A stretch of DNA of 63,365 nucleotides, filler included, from a bacterium (GTDB taxonomy: Bacteria > JADJOY01): assembly GCA_046331705.1 (NCBI GenBank). It is 3 parts of 3 records of this genome, joined end to end, with 100 filler letters (N's around TTAATTAATTAA, not from the genome) between each part and the next. Parts side by side here need not be neighbours in the genome. Positions count along the whole stretch, not along the records: positions 25,458 to 50,609 come from JAXLQJ010000079.1; 2 more parts are not named here. The stretch is one strand, 5' to 3'. Positions 33,126 to 43,295 of the stretch are shown here, one piece after another; position 1 is the stretch's first letter; each line of letters begins with the position of its first letter. The notes beneath the pieces are model-generated. The model was not told the DNA's origin. It ran no database searches and saw only the letters and a list, made by a program, of their open reading frames with translations. Position numbers and translations under genes: made by a program.

Positions 33126-34007
33126 TCAAATGGAGCGCTGCCGAAACCCCAGCAGCCGCTGGAACCGAAACGACAGGACGTGGGCGCACACCGACAGCGT
33201 CTTCAGCCCGTAGAGCACGCTCATCTTCAGATTGACGCTCGACGCCTCGCGGAAATAGCGCGTCTCGACGGGGATCTCCTCCAGCCGAAAGCCGCCCGTG
33301 ACGATCTGTCCCACCACCTCGGAGTCGAAGCCGAAGCCGTTCGAGTTCGACATGAAGGGGATCGACTCCAGGAAGTGCCGGCTGTAGGCACGCAGCCCCG
33401 TGTGGTACTCGCTCATCCGGCGGTTGAAGACGAGGTTCTCGATGGTCGTGAGGAAGCGATTGCCGAGATACTTGTAGAGCGGCATGCCGCCCGCCAGCGC
33501 GCCGCCCCGCGTGGCGAGCCGCGAGCCGAACACCACGTCGGCGCGACCGCTCACGATCGGAGCGATGAGATCGGGCAGCACGCGCGGATCGTACTGGTAG
33601 TCCGGGTGCACCATGACGATCACGTCTGCGCCGCGGTGCAAGGCGGCCGTGTAGCAGGTCTTCTGGTTGCCGCCGTAGCCGCGGTTCTCGGGGTGCACGA
33701 TCACGTGGATCCCGAGCTGGCGTGCCTTCTCGACGGTGGCATCGTGACTCGCGTCGTCGACCAGGATGATGTCGTTGACGACGTGCTTGGGAATGTCCGC
33801 GTAGGTGCGTTCGAGGGTCTTCGCGGCGTTGTAGGCGGGCAGGACCACGGTCACCCGGCGCACCGGCGCCGCGGCTGCGGCGACATCTCCAGCCGACCGC
33901 GGAGCGGTCCGGCTCGCATCGACGTCCGTCGCGGTGTGCACGGAGAGCGGGGCGTGAGTCACGGGGGTTGGCCGGTCCTTGCGAGCGCGTGCGGAACGAT
34001 CCGTCAC
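33126..34007 (-). CDS. GT2 glycosyltransferase (DPM synthase-like)
   Basis: VLPAYNA, LVDDAS, NRGYGGNQK, HPDYQYDP, FGSR; GTGA overlap with the upstream stop. Confidence 0.92.
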   Translation of the reverse strand: MTDRSARARKDRPTPVTHAPLSVHTATDVDASRTAPRSAGDVAAAAAPVRRVTVVLPAYNAAKTLERTYADIPKHVVNDIILVDDASHDATVEKARQLGIHVIVHPENRGYGGNQKTCYTAALHRGADVIVMVHPDYQYDPRVLPDLIAPIVSGRADVVFGSRLATRGGALAGGMPLYKYLGNRFLTTIENLVFNRRMSEYHTGLRAYSRHFLESIPFMSNSNGFGFDSEVVGQIVTGGFRLEEIPVETRYFREASSVNLKMSVLYGLKTLSVCAHVLSFRFQRLLGFRQRSI

Positions 34008-35410
34008 GGATGGGTGAGCACCTGCAGCCCGCGCCGGGTGTAGTTCCACAGCTTCACGGGCGAGTCGATCGAGCGCAGCGTTCGGGCGAGATAGCTCGGA
34101 CGCAGGTAGAACGAGCGCATCGCGCGGGTCTGGATCTTCTTGAGCTCGGCCGCGGTCAGCGCATAGCTGCGCGACACCGCCTGCTTCACGTTGCGTCCGG
34201 CGAGGCGTTCCTCGCCGAGCAAGCCTTCCTCGGTACAGATCTCGTGCAAGGGCGTGCCCGGGAACGGATAGGCGATGTGGAACTCGCAGAAATCACCGTC
34301 GAGCTTGCGCGCGAAATCGATGGTTTCCTGCGCGGTCTCGGCGGTCTCCCACGGGCTGCCGAGCACCCAGAAGAGGTAGGTCTTGAGCCCCACGTCCTTG
34401 CACGCCTGGATGGCCTTCTCCGCCTGCCCGAGCGTCGCGCCTTTCTTCATGTGGCGAAGGATCTCTTGATTGCCGGACTCGACGCCGAAGCCCACCATCC
34501 AGCAGCCGGCCTTGCGCATCTCCCGCGCACGCTCGGGGTCCATGGTGTCGACGCGGCTGTTGCAGACCCACTCCACGTCGAGGCGCGCCTCTTGGATGCG
34601 GCGGCAGAGCTCGATCGTCCACGACTTCTGCAGGGTGAAGGTGTCGGCGCGGAAGTAGAAGTTGCGGATCCCGAACCGGGTCACGCAATGCTGCATCTCC
34701 GCGACGATGCTGCCCGGTGAGCGCAGGTACGTATCGAAGCCGCTCAGCGTCGGCACCAGGCAATAGATACAACGCGCCGGACACCCGCGACTCGTCTGGA
34801 TCGTGGTCTGCGGCTCGCCCGTATCCGGGCGAATGTACAGGCGGTTGTTCATGAGGTGGCGGGCGGGCCAGGGAAGGCTGTCGAGCTGCTCGAGGCGCGG
34901 ACGATCCGCGTTGCGGCGGATCTCCCCATTCTCGCGGTAGCTGATGCCGAGCACGCTCGAGCGGTCGGTGGTGGTCAGCAGCTCGCCCAACAACTCCTCG
35001 CATTCGCCGCGGATCGCGACGTCGAGCTCCGGATGGGATGCGAGCGTTTCCGCGTCGTGAGTGGTGACGTGCGCGCCCTTGGCGATCGTGAGGACGTGAG
35101 GATTGCGCGCCTTCGCCCGCTGGCAGGCTGCCATGTCCCCCGGCAGCGTCGGGGTGGTCGTGCTGACGGCGAGCAGATCCGGCTGGAACACATCGAGGTC
35201 GAGCTCGAAATCGTCCCAGCCGAGCCCCTCCGCCGGATAGTCGACGATGCGCGCTTCCCATCCCACCTGCTCGACCATGGCGGCCATGTAGGCGAGGTCG
35301 ATGGGGGCGCGCAGGACGCTGGTCGAGTTCTCGACCGGGACCTGACAACGATCGTCCCGGATGTAGTTGCCGGTCGGCGGGTTGATGAAGAGGGCGCGTC
35401 GCGCTGGCAT
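34004..35410 (-). CDS. B12-binding-domain radical SAM protein (HpnJ/BchE-like superfamily)
   Basis: LFINPP, PIDLAYMAA, GAHVT, RGECE, TSRGCPARCIYC, FGVESG, PFPGTPL. Confidence 0.92.
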   Translation of the reverse strand: MPARRALFINPPTGNYIRDDRCQVPVENSTSVLRAPIDLAYMAAMVEQVGWEARIVDYPAEGLGWDDFELDLDVFQPDLLAVSTTTPTLPGDMAACQRAKARNPHVLTIAKGAHVTTHDAETLASHPELDVAIRGECEELLGELLTTTDRSSVLGISYRENGEIRRNADRPRLEQLDSLPWPARHLMNNRLYIRPDTGEPQTTIQTSRGCPARCIYCLVPTLSGFDTYLRSPGSIVAEMQHCVTRFGIRNFYFRADTFTLQKSWTIELCRRIQEARLDVEWVCNSRVDTMDPERAREMRKAGCWMVGFGVESGNQEILRHMKKGATLGQAEKAIQACKDVGLKTYLFWVLGSPWETAETAQETIDFARKLDGDFCEFHIAYPFPGTPLHEICTEEGLLGEERLAGRNVKQAVSRSYALTAAELKKIQTRAMRSFYLRPSYLARTLRSIDSPVKLWNYTRRGLQVLTHP

Positions 35411-35585
35411 GTGGATCGTTCCGACCGAGAGCGGACTGGTGAGCATCTCGCGCCGGCGACTCCGGGAACCGACGGCGAAACGCCTCGAATCGAAAGGCCA
35501 ATGTTAGCGTCGCCGCCGCTTCGACCGCAAGCGAAGCGGGTCTTCGCCTTGGGGACGTGCGCCGCGCGGCGCCTGCGGACGTGGA

Positions 35586-35615
35586 TTGACAGGGTGCGTC
35601 ATCGTGCCGTAGCTT
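35586..35615 (+). promoter_or_regulatory. Putative sigma70 promoter of the glycan operon
   Basis: TTGACA-N18-TAGCTT, 140 bp upstream of the 35755 start. Confidence 0.55.
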
Positions 35616-35754
35616 CCGCTCGCGTTTCTGGACCCGCCTGCTCCGGCGCGCTGGCGCGCCGGCGATGCGGCCCCCACGCGAGCGCGTCCGCAGCGTCGGC
35701 CAACCCCTGGTCCGCGGATGCGTTCGACACCCCTGAGCCCAGGGGAGCGATTCG

Positions 35755-36813
35755 TTGAGCGCCACCATCGACACGACCGCCGGCTCCGCGTCGCCCGACG
35801 CTCCCCGTGAGCGCGCTCGCGCGGGTCGCGGTTGGCGAGAGATCCTGGCCGTCGCGCTGACGATCGGGCTGGTGTGGTGGCTGCTGCGCGGCCTCGAGTG
35901 GGAGAAGATTCGCACCTTCGCCGCGAACATCCGCGCCGAGCTGGTGGTCGCGGCGTTCGCGATCTACGCGCTCAGCTACGTGGCGCGCGCGCTGCGCTGG
36001 CAAGTGTTGCTGCAGCGGCACGACCTGAGCTTTCGCGAGCTCTACCTCATCACGGCCGCGCACATCATGTACAACAACCTGTTGCCCAGCCGCATCGGCG
36101 AGCTCTCCTACGTGGTGCTGCTGAAGCAGAAGAAGGGTCTCTCCGCCGCCGATGGGGTCGTCTCGCTCGTGGTGTCGCGCTTCCTCGACTTCATCACCCT
36201 GGGTCTCATCTTCTTACTCTCGGTGGCCTCGTTTCGCGGCGCCCACTCGGTGGAGGCGTTTCGCAACCTGCCGCTGGTGGCGGTCAGCAGCGTGGTCCTG
36301 CTCTCCGGTGGGCTGGTCGCCATGCCCGCGCTCACGAGTCGCTTCCATCGCTGGTTGAATCGTGAGCTCGCCAGCGCGCCGCCGGAATCGTTCCGCGCCA
36401 AGGTCGAGCGCACCGCCGAGCGCATGGTGGAGACCTTCGAGCGCACCGCGGGAACGTCGAGCTATCTGAAGGCGGGGCTGCTCTCGCTGGTGATCTGGTA
36501 CGCGAAGTTCCTGTCGTTCACGCTCATGGTGCACGCCATGCACGATGCCGGCACGGCGTCACGCATGAGCTTCTGGGGCGTCGTCATCGGGTCGACGGCG
36601 GCGGAGCTCACGACCATCACACCGTTCCACGGCGTGGCGGGGATGGGCACCTACGAATGGGCGTGGAAGGTGGTCTTCCACGACGTGCTGGGCATCGACG
36701 AGCAGGTCTCGATCCTGACCGGCTTCGGCGTCCACGTCTTCCTGCTCTTCTTCTCGATCGTGCTCGGAGGGCTCGCGTACCTCGGCCTGCGTCGCATCAC
36801 GCGCCGCGCCTGA
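35755..36813 (+). CDS. Lysylphosphatidylglycerol synthase TM / UPF0104 flippase-like protein
   Basis: RALRW, NNLLPSRIGEL, RFLD, GMGTYE; multiple TM segments. Confidence 0.88.
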   Translation: MSATIDTTAGSASPDAPRERARAGRGWREILAVALTIGLVWWLLRGLEWEKIRTFAANIRAELVVAAFAIYALSYVARALRWQVLLQRHDLSFRELYLITAAHIMYNNLLPSRIGELSYVVLLKQKKGLSAADGVVSLVVSRFLDFITLGLIFLLSVASFRGAHSVEAFRNLPLVAVSSVVLLSGGLVAMPALTSRFHRWLNRELASAPPESFRAKVERTAERMVETFERTAGTSSYLKAGLLSLVIWYAKFLSFTLMVHAMHDAGTASRMSFWGVVIGSTAAELTTITPFHGVAGMGTYEWAWKVVFHDVLGIDEQVSILTGFGVHVFLLFFSIVLGGLAYLGLRRITRRA

Positions 36814-36882
36814 GCGCGCGAGACGATGGGGTGATGCGGGCCCGCGCGCGTCGGGCGGCGCGACCGTGAGCGGAAAGACCTC

Positions 36883-37446
36883 GTGGCGACACCGTTCGGA
36901 CACCTGACGATCGGCACCGCATGGGCGCTGGTGTGCGCGGACCGACCCGCGTCGCCGCGCTTGCTCGCACTCGGCGCCGCGAGCGCCGCGGCCGCCGATC
37001 TCGATTTCCTGCCGGGGCTGCTGCTCGGCGATCCAGCCCGATTCCACCACGGCGCGAGTCATTCGGTGCTCGTGATGCTGGTGGCGTCGGCGCTCGTGCT
37101 CGCCGCTTGGCGCACACGCGCGCCGGTCGGCGGGCGTGGGGTGCTGCTCGTGACCGGCGCGTTTCTGAGTCATCTGGGTGCCGATTGGGTCACGCACGAT
37201 CCCGGCGTGCGCCAGGGATTGCCGCTCGCATGGCCGCTCTCCTCGGCTCGCAGCTTGGGTCCGGTGTGGCTGGTGCCCGCCGTGGCGCGCGCGTGGCCGC
37301 CGACGTGGGAATGGCTCGCGCACACCGCGTGGCTCGTGATCACCGAGCTGGCCTTGGTGTTGCCGCTCTTGCTGGGCGCATGGATCCACGCCGGGCGCCC
37401 GGGTTCGTCGTGGGCTCGCTGGGGAAACGGAGGGATACCCGCATGA
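36883..37446 (+). CDS. Membrane-bound metal-dependent hydrolase (YdjM/YbcI family)
   Basis: TPFGH, DLD, HHGASHS, SHLGAD, G.PLAWP. Confidence 0.85.
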   Translation: MATPFGHLTIGTAWALVCADRPASPRLLALGAASAAAADLDFLPGLLLGDPARFHHGASHSVLVMLVASALVLAAWRTRAPVGGRGVLLVTGAFLSHLGADWVTHDPGVRQGLPLAWPLSSARSLGPVWLVPAVARAWPPTWEWLAHTAWLVITELALVLPLLLGAWIHAGRPGSSWARWGNGGIPA

Positions 37447-38447
37447 AACCGACGTCCGCACGAGCGGAAGCGCCGAACACGCCATCGCGGCCGATGATCT
37501 CGGTGGTGATTCCCGTCTACAACGAGATCGAGAACATCGACGCGCTGGCCACGGACGTGTGGTCGGCGCTGGGAGCGATCGGCAAGAGCTTCGAGGTGAT
37601 CCTGGTCGACGACGGCTCGCGCGACGGCACCGTCGACGCGCTCCGGCGCGTCGCCGCCGCGAGACCCGAGGCGCGCGTGGTGCTGCTGCGGCGGAACTTC
37701 GGTCAGACGGCAGCGCTCAGCGCCGGCTTCGACCACGCCCGCGGCGAGGTGATCATCACCATGGACGCGGACCTCCAGAACGATCCCCAGGACATCCCCA
37801 AGCTGCTCGAGGGAATCGAACAGGGCTACGACATCGTCGCGGGCTGGCGACTCCATCGCAAGGACCCGTTCGTGAGCCGGCGTTTGCCTTCGATGATCGC
37901 CAACCGGCTCATCTCGGCGGTCACGGGTGTCAGCCTGCACGACTACGGCTGCACGCTGAAGGCGTTTCGGGCCGACGTGGTCCAGCAGGTGCGTCTTTAC
38001 GGCGAGCTGCACCGCTTCATTCCGGCGGTCGCGAACTGGATGGGCGTGAGCGTCCACGAGGTTCCGGTCAACCACCGCCCGCGCCGCGCGGGCGTCTCGA
38101 AGTACGGCATCTCGCGAACGGTGCGCGTCATCCTGGACCTGATCACGGTCAAGTTCATGGAGTCGTACTCCACGAAGCCGATCCAGATCTTCGGCCTGCT
38201 CGGGATCATGTCCGGGTTCGTCGGCTTCCTGGGCGCCGCCTGGCTCTCGGTGCAGCGCGTGTTCTGGGGCGTGAGCCTCTCCAATCGCCCGATCCTGCTG
38301 CTCTACGTGATGCTCATCCTGGTGGGTGTCCAGTTCATCAGCATGGGCCTGGTCGCCGAGATGCTCGCGCGCACCTACCACGAGTCGCAGTCGAAGCCGA
38401 TCTACTACGTCAAGGAGCTGATCGAGCCCCAGCCGACGAGCGGCTGA
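37443..38447 (+). CDS. GT2 polyprenyl-phosphate glycosyltransferase (ArnC/GtrB-like)
   Basis: VIPVYNE, DDGS, RNFGQTAA, DADLQNDP, HRFIP; two C-terminal TM helices. Confidence 0.92.
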   Translation: MKPTSARAEAPNTPSRPMISVVIPVYNEIENIDALATDVWSALGAIGKSFEVILVDDGSRDGTVDALRRVAAARPEARVVLLRRNFGQTAALSAGFDHARGEVIITMDADLQNDPQDIPKLLEGIEQGYDIVAGWRLHRKDPFVSRRLPSMIANRLISAVTGVSLHDYGCTLKAFRADVVQQVRLYGELHRFIPAVANWMGVSVHEVPVNHRPRRAGVSKYGISRTVRVILDLITVKFMESYSTKPIQIFGLLGIMSGFVGFLGAAWLSVQRVFWGVSLSNRPILLLYVMLILVGVQFISMGLVAEMLARTYHESQSKPIYYVKELIEPQPTSG

Positions 38448-38519
38448 GCAGGGCGACGGCGCAGGGCGAGGCGCGTGCGCGCGGCATGGGCGGCGCGCAC
38501 GGCAGGGACGAGTGCTCGC

Positions 38520-39650
38520 ATGCGAATCGGAATCGACGCCCGGCTCGCGTTCGGCGACTCGACGGGGCTCGGCACGTTCAGCCGCCGCCTGGTCGACGCG
38601 CTCAGCCGTCACGACTCCGGCAACGAGTACGTGCTCTACGTCGATCGTCCGACGCCGCCCGTCGAGCTGCCGGAGAACGTCCGCGTCGAGCTGGTACCGG
38701 GCCAGAGCCGAATCGCCTGGACGAACCTGCGCCTACCGCGCGTCCTTCGCCGCGACCGGATCGACCTCTACCACGCGGTCGCGAACTTCGAGCTGCCGCT
38801 CGCGTTCCGCGGCCTCAAGGTGCTCACCGTCCACGACCTCGTGCCGCTGCGCTTCCCGGCGACCGTGCCGTGGAAGCACCGACTCTTCTTCCATCTGTTC
38901 ACGCGCCCGGCGCTCGCCGCCGCGGACCGGATCGTCGCCATCTCCGCGCACACGCGCGACGAGATCGTCGCCGCCTACGGCATTCCCGCGGCCTCCATCG
39001 ACGTCGTGCCCAACTGGGTGACCGAGGCGTTCCACCCGCGCCAGCGGGACACGAGTCGGGAAACCGGGGCGCCCCGCGCCCGCTCGCGTCATGGGCTCGT
39101 CGACGACTACTTCGTGTTCGTCGGGGTGCGCGAGCCGAAAAAGAACCTCGATCGGCTGCTCGAGGCGTTCGCGGCGCTGGGATCGCCTCGCGGGCGCCGC
39201 TGCCAACTCGCCCTCGTCGGGCCGCCGGGCTGGAGCACCGACGACCTCGAGGGGCGCGTGCGTTCGCTGGGAATCGGCGACCGGGTGGTGTTCACGGGCC
39301 GTGTCCCGGAGGCCGACCTGATCGAGCTCTTGCAGGATGCGCGCGCGCTCGTCTTCCCGTCGCTCAGCGAGGGCTTCGGATTGCCGGTGCTCGAGGCGAT
39401 GGCGTGCGGGACGGCCGTCATCGCGGCGCGCGCGGGCGCGCTGCCGGAGGTGGCCGGCGACGCGGCGCTCCTCGTCGACCCGCTCGCCGTGAGCGACATC
39501 GCCGCGGCGATGGCCCGCTTGCTCGAGGACGAGGAGCTCGCGCGTGTGCTCGGTGCACGCGGCCAAGCCCGTGCGGGCCGCTGGAACGCCGCAGCCGCGG
39601 CCGAGCGCTGGGTCGCGCTCTATCTCGAATTGTTCAACGCCGTGCCATGA
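38520..39650 (+). CDS. GT4 glycosyltransferase
   Basis: MRIGIDAR, TVHDL, KKNL, EGFGLPVLEAMACG. Confidence 0.93.
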   Translation: MRIGIDARLAFGDSTGLGTFSRRLVDALSRHDSGNEYVLYVDRPTPPVELPENVRVELVPGQSRIAWTNLRLPRVLRRDRIDLYHAVANFELPLAFRGLKVLTVHDLVPLRFPATVPWKHRLFFHLFTRPALAAADRIVAISAHTRDEIVAAYGIPAASIDVVPNWVTEAFHPRQRDTSRETGAPRARSRHGLVDDYFVFVGVREPKKNLDRLLEAFAALGSPRGRRCQLALVGPPGWSTDDLEGRVRSLGIGDRVVFTGRVPEADLIELLQDARALVFPSLSEGFGLPVLEAMACGTAVIAARAGALPEVAGDAALLVDPLAVSDIAAAMARLLEDEELARVLGARGQARAGRWNAAAAAERWVALYLELFNAVP

Positions 39651-40813
39651 GCGCGCTCGTCGCGCTGGATGCCCGCTGGATTCGCCCCGGGCGCGTCGAC
39701 GGGGTGGGGCGTTACGTCGCTTCGCTGGCGCACGAGCTGGTGCGGCTCGAGGGCGACGAACGCTACGCGCTGCTCTTCGCCGACGCGGCGCTTCGCGACG
39801 CCTTTCGCGAGCGAGCGGGCGCCGTCGGCGCCGCGGAGCTGTGGGTTTGCGAGATCCCGCTGCTCGGCGCCGCGGATGCGTTGTGCTTGCCACGGTGGCT
39901 GCGCGAGCGGCGGATCGACTTGATCCACGTTCCGCACGTGCTCACGTCGCCGTTTCATCGTGGCTACCGGACCGTGCTCACGTTGCACGACCTGATCCCG
40001 TGGCAGGCACGTGGCCGCGAACCCGGCGCGCGGCTGGTGTGGCGTGCGTATTTCGCCACCTGGTGGCCGCTGCGCTGCACGCTCGGCCGCGTGAGCCGGG
40101 TGATCGCCGTCTCCAACGCCACGCGCGACGCGCTGCAGACGCATGCGTGGATGCGCGTACCCGTGGAGGTGGTGCCCAATGGCGTCGATCTCGGATTCGC
40201 TGCCGGCGCCGGCTCGCGGGGCGAGACGAGCGCGAGGCTCGCGCCGACGGGTCCGATCCTCTACGTCGGCCGCCTCGATCCGTACAAGAACGTCGCCGGC
40301 TGGCTGCGAGAGTACGCGACGCTGCCCACGCAGCTGCGCGAGCTCCACCCGTTGGTGCTCTGCGGCCATCACGACGCGCGCTTCGTCGAGCCTCTGGCGC
40401 GGTTGGTGAGCGAGCTCGGCCTCGCGGCGTGCGTCGAGCTGCGTGGCTCGGTCTCCGAGGCCGCGCTCGATCGCCTCTATCGCGAAGCGGCGCTCCTGGT
40501 GCATCCATCGCTGGAGGAAGGGTTCGGGCTCACGGTGCTCGAGGCGATGGCTCGCGGCACGCCGGTCGTCGCGTATCGGATCCCCGCGCTCGCGGAGATG
40601 GCCGCGGACGCCGCTTGCCTGGTCGATCCGCGCGAACCCGGTGCGCTGGCGGGCGCCGTGGCCGCAGTGCTCGGTTCGCCGCTCGCGTGGGCGCGCCTCG
40701 CCAGCGCGGGGCGCGCCCGCGCCGAGCGCTTCTCGTGGCGGCGCGCGGCGCTCGCCACGCGCGAGGTCTACCGCGCGGCGCTCGCGGCCTCGCCGCTCGG
40801 AGTCGGGCGATGA
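39647..40813 (+). CDS. GT4 glycosyltransferase
   Basis: LDAR, TLHDL, YKN, EEGFGLTVLEAMARG; ATGA overlap. Confidence 0.93.
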   Translation: MSALVALDARWIRPGRVDGVGRYVASLAHELVRLEGDERYALLFADAALRDAFRERAGAVGAAELWVCEIPLLGAADALCLPRWLRERRIDLIHVPHVLTSPFHRGYRTVLTLHDLIPWQARGREPGARLVWRAYFATWWPLRCTLGRVSRVIAVSNATRDALQTHAWMRVPVEVVPNGVDLGFAAGAGSRGETSARLAPTGPILYVGRLDPYKNVAGWLREYATLPTQLRELHPLVLCGHHDARFVEPLARLVSELGLAACVELRGSVSEAALDRLYREAALLVHPSLEEGFGLTVLEAMARGTPVVAYRIPALAEMAADAACLVDPREPGALAGAVAAVLGSPLAWARLASAGRARAERFSWRRAALATREVYRAALAASPLGVGR

Positions 40814-41913
40814 CGCGCGGGGCGGGCAACGCGCCACACGTGCTGATCGACGCCCGCAAGGCGTTCGATGGTGGCATCGGGAGGCATTTGCGCGAGACCG
40901 CGCTGCTGCTGCCCGCGGAGCTTCCCGGTTGGCGATTGAGCCTGCTCGTCGATACCGGCGCCGGGGAGCGATTCACCGCCGCCGGTCTCGGCGCGCCGGC
41001 GTTCGCGCACGTCGAGGTGACCGCGAGGAAGTACGGCCTCGCCGAGCCCGCCACGCTGCGCCGGATCGCCGCGCGCATGCGACCGGATCTCTTTCACACG
41101 CCGCACTACGTGCTGCCCGCGGGCATGCCGTGCCCGTCGGTGGTGACCATCCACGACGTGATCCACCTCAAGCGCCCCCGCACGCCGCTGCACCGCTGGT
41201 ACGCCACCCTGCGGATGCGGACGGCATGCCGCGAAGCGCGCTGCGTGATCACCGTCTCCCACGCGAGTGCCGCGGACCTCCGCCGATTCGTCCCCGTCGA
41301 GCCGCGGCGGCTGCGGGTGATCCCGAACGGCGCGCGCATCGTCGAGCGTCCGGCGACACCCGTGACGCCGAACGGCTACGTGCTCTACGTCGGCAGCCTG
41401 AAGCCGCACAAGAACGTGACGACGCTCCTCGATGGCTTCGCGCGGACGCAGGACGACCGCGAGCTGTGGCTCGCAGGTCAATGGCAGCGCGAGGAGCGAT
41501 ATCGTCGCGACCTGACGGCACGGGTGAGGGCCGCCGGGCTCGAGCGCCGGGTGCGCTTCATCGCGGGCTTTCCCGAGTCGAGCCTGGATCGGCTGCTCTT
41601 CGGCGCGTTGGTGCTGGTGGCACCGTCGTGGGAAGAGGGTTTCGGGCTACCGGCGCTGGAGGCGCTCGCGCACGGCACGCCAGTGATCGCCAGCAGGCGC
41701 GGCGCCTATCCGGAGGTGCTGGCGGACGCGGCGCTCTTCGTGGACGGCGCCGATCCCGCGGAGATCGCGGTGGCGATCGAGGCGGTGGCCGCGCGTTCGG
41801 CGGCGGAATCCATGCGCTGGTCCCACGCGGCCCGCGCTCGCGCCCGGCAATTCGATTGGGCTGCCGCGGCCCGCGCCACGGCCGCGGTCTACCACGAGAT
41901 CCTCAACGGGTAG
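40810..41913 (+). CDS. GT4 glycosyltransferase
   Basis: IDARK, TIHD, PHKN, EEGFGLPALEALAHG; ATGA overlap. Confidence 0.93.
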   Translation: MTRGAGNAPHVLIDARKAFDGGIGRHLRETALLLPAELPGWRLSLLVDTGAGERFTAAGLGAPAFAHVEVTARKYGLAEPATLRRIAARMRPDLFHTPHYVLPAGMPCPSVVTIHDVIHLKRPRTPLHRWYATLRMRTACREARCVITVSHASAADLRRFVPVEPRRLRVIPNGARIVERPATPVTPNGYVLYVGSLKPHKNVTTLLDGFARTQDDRELWLAGQWQREERYRRDLTARVRAAGLERRVRFIAGFPESSLDRLLFGALVLVAPSWEEGFGLPALEALAHGTPVIASRRGAYPEVLADAALFVDGADPAEIAVAIEAVAARSAAESMRWSHAARARARQFDWAAAARATAAVYHEILNG

Positions 41914-41926
41914 CGGTGTCGGACGG

Positions 41927-41953
41927 TTGACACCCCCCAGGGGTAGTGCTAAT
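41927..41953 (+). promoter_or_regulatory. Putative internal promoter with C/G-tract inverted repeat
   Basis: TTGACA followed by ACCCC-CCA-GGGGT and a weak -10 (GCTAAT). Confidence 0.4.
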
Positions 41954-42115
41954 CCACCACGCGCTGGCGGCGGGGCCACCACGAGGCACATCGACTCGCC
42001 GACGGCGCACCGGCCCCGTCTCCCGGGCCTGCCGGTGGTCGGTTCTTGAGCGCAAACGCTCGCCGGACGAATCTCGCGCGCTCGTGTTCGGCATCGCTCC
42101 TCGCGTTGCCCGAGG

Positions 42116-43288
42116 GTGACCGTGGCGCATTCGGTGCGGATCGCTCTCGTCCACGACTGGCTGAACGGGATGCGCGGCGGCGAGAAATGCCTGGAGGAGG
42201 TCTGCGCGCTCTATCCGGACGCGGACCTCTTCACGCTCATCCACGAGCCCGGCCAGGTCTCTCGGGCGATCGAGGCGCATCCGATCCGAACCTCGTTTCT
42301 CCAGCGCTTTCCCGGGCGGCGCCGCTTCTACCGTCATTTCCTGCCGCTCTTTCCCACGGCGATCGAGCGCCTCGACGTGTCGGGCTACGATCTGGTGATC
42401 AGCCTCAGCCATTGCGTCGCGAAGGGCATTCGCCCTGCCGCCGGCGCGCCGCATCTTTGCTACTGCTTCACGCCGATGCGGTACGCGTGGGATCTGGAAG
42501 GTGAGTACTTCTCGCCGGCGCGCGCCTCGGGACCCGTTCGGTGGGCCGCGGCCCGCGTGCTGCCGTATCTACGCCGCTGGGACGTGGAGAGCGCGACCCG
42601 CGTGAGCGCGTTCGTGGCGATCTCCGAGCACGTGCGGGAGCGCATCCGCCGGATCTATGGCCGAGACGCCGGCCGGCTCTATCCTCCCGTGGACACCGAT
42701 CTCTTCGATCCGGGCCCCGGGGCACGAGCGCGCGAGGACTTCTACCTGATGGTCACGGCGCTCGCACCGTACAAGGGAGTGGACCTGGCCATCGAGGCGT
42801 TTCGCGCCAGTGGGCGCAAGCTGGTCGTGGTCGGACGCGGGCAAGACGAGCGCAAGCTGCGCGCCGCGGCCGGGCCCGAGGTGAGCTTCTTGGGCTGGGT
42901 CGACGCGAGCACGCTGCGCGACCTCTACGGGCGTTGTCGGGCGTTTCTGCACCCCGCCGAGGAAGACTTCGGGATCGCGCCGGTCGAGGCGCAGGCGATG
43001 GGTGCGCCGGTCGTCGGCGCCGCGCGCGGTGGGCTGCTCGAGACCGTGCGCGACCTGGGCACCGGCGAGGGTGGGGCGGCCACGGGCCTCCTCTTCGAGC
43101 CGCTGACGGCGGAGGCGCTCCGCGACGCCATCGATCGATTCGAGCACGGCGCCGCGGCCTTCGATCCCGTCGCCATCCGCGGCCATGCGCTCAGGTTCTC
43201 GCGCCACGCCTTTCGCGACGAGTTCGCGTCGCTGGTGCGGAATCTGATGGGAAGCGCCGCACCGGCCGCGCGCGTGGTGGAGGCCTGA
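42116..43288 (+). CDS. GT4 glycosyltransferase (WbaZ-like)
   Basis: ALVHDWL..RGGE, CFTPMRYAWD, YPPVD, EEDFGIAPVEAQA. Confidence 0.93.
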   Translation: MTVAHSVRIALVHDWLNGMRGGEKCLEEVCALYPDADLFTLIHEPGQVSRAIEAHPIRTSFLQRFPGRRRFYRHFLPLFPTAIERLDVSGYDLVISLSHCVAKGIRPAAGAPHLCYCFTPMRYAWDLEGEYFSPARASGPVRWAAARVLPYLRRWDVESATRVSAFVAISEHVRERIRRIYGRDAGRLYPPVDTDLFDPGPGARAREDFYLMVTALAPYKGVDLAIEAFRASGRKLVVVGRGQDERKLRAAAGPEVSFLGWVDASTLRDLYGRCRAFLHPAEEDFGIAPVEAQAMGAPVVGAARGGLLETVRDLGTGEGGAATGLLFEPLTAEALRDAIDRFEHGAAAFDPVAIRGHALRFSRHAFRDEFASLVRNLMGSAAPAARVVEA

Positions 43289-43295
43289 CCCCGCC

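Noticed and set aside
34004-35410. Calling this gene hpnJ or bchE
   Set aside because: Only superfamily-level motifs are visible, with no hpn or bch context.
27533-35410. RiPP cluster built on the three radical SAM genes
   Set aside because: No plausible precursor peptide, RRE/SPASM domain, peptidase or exporter is seen in the available contig.
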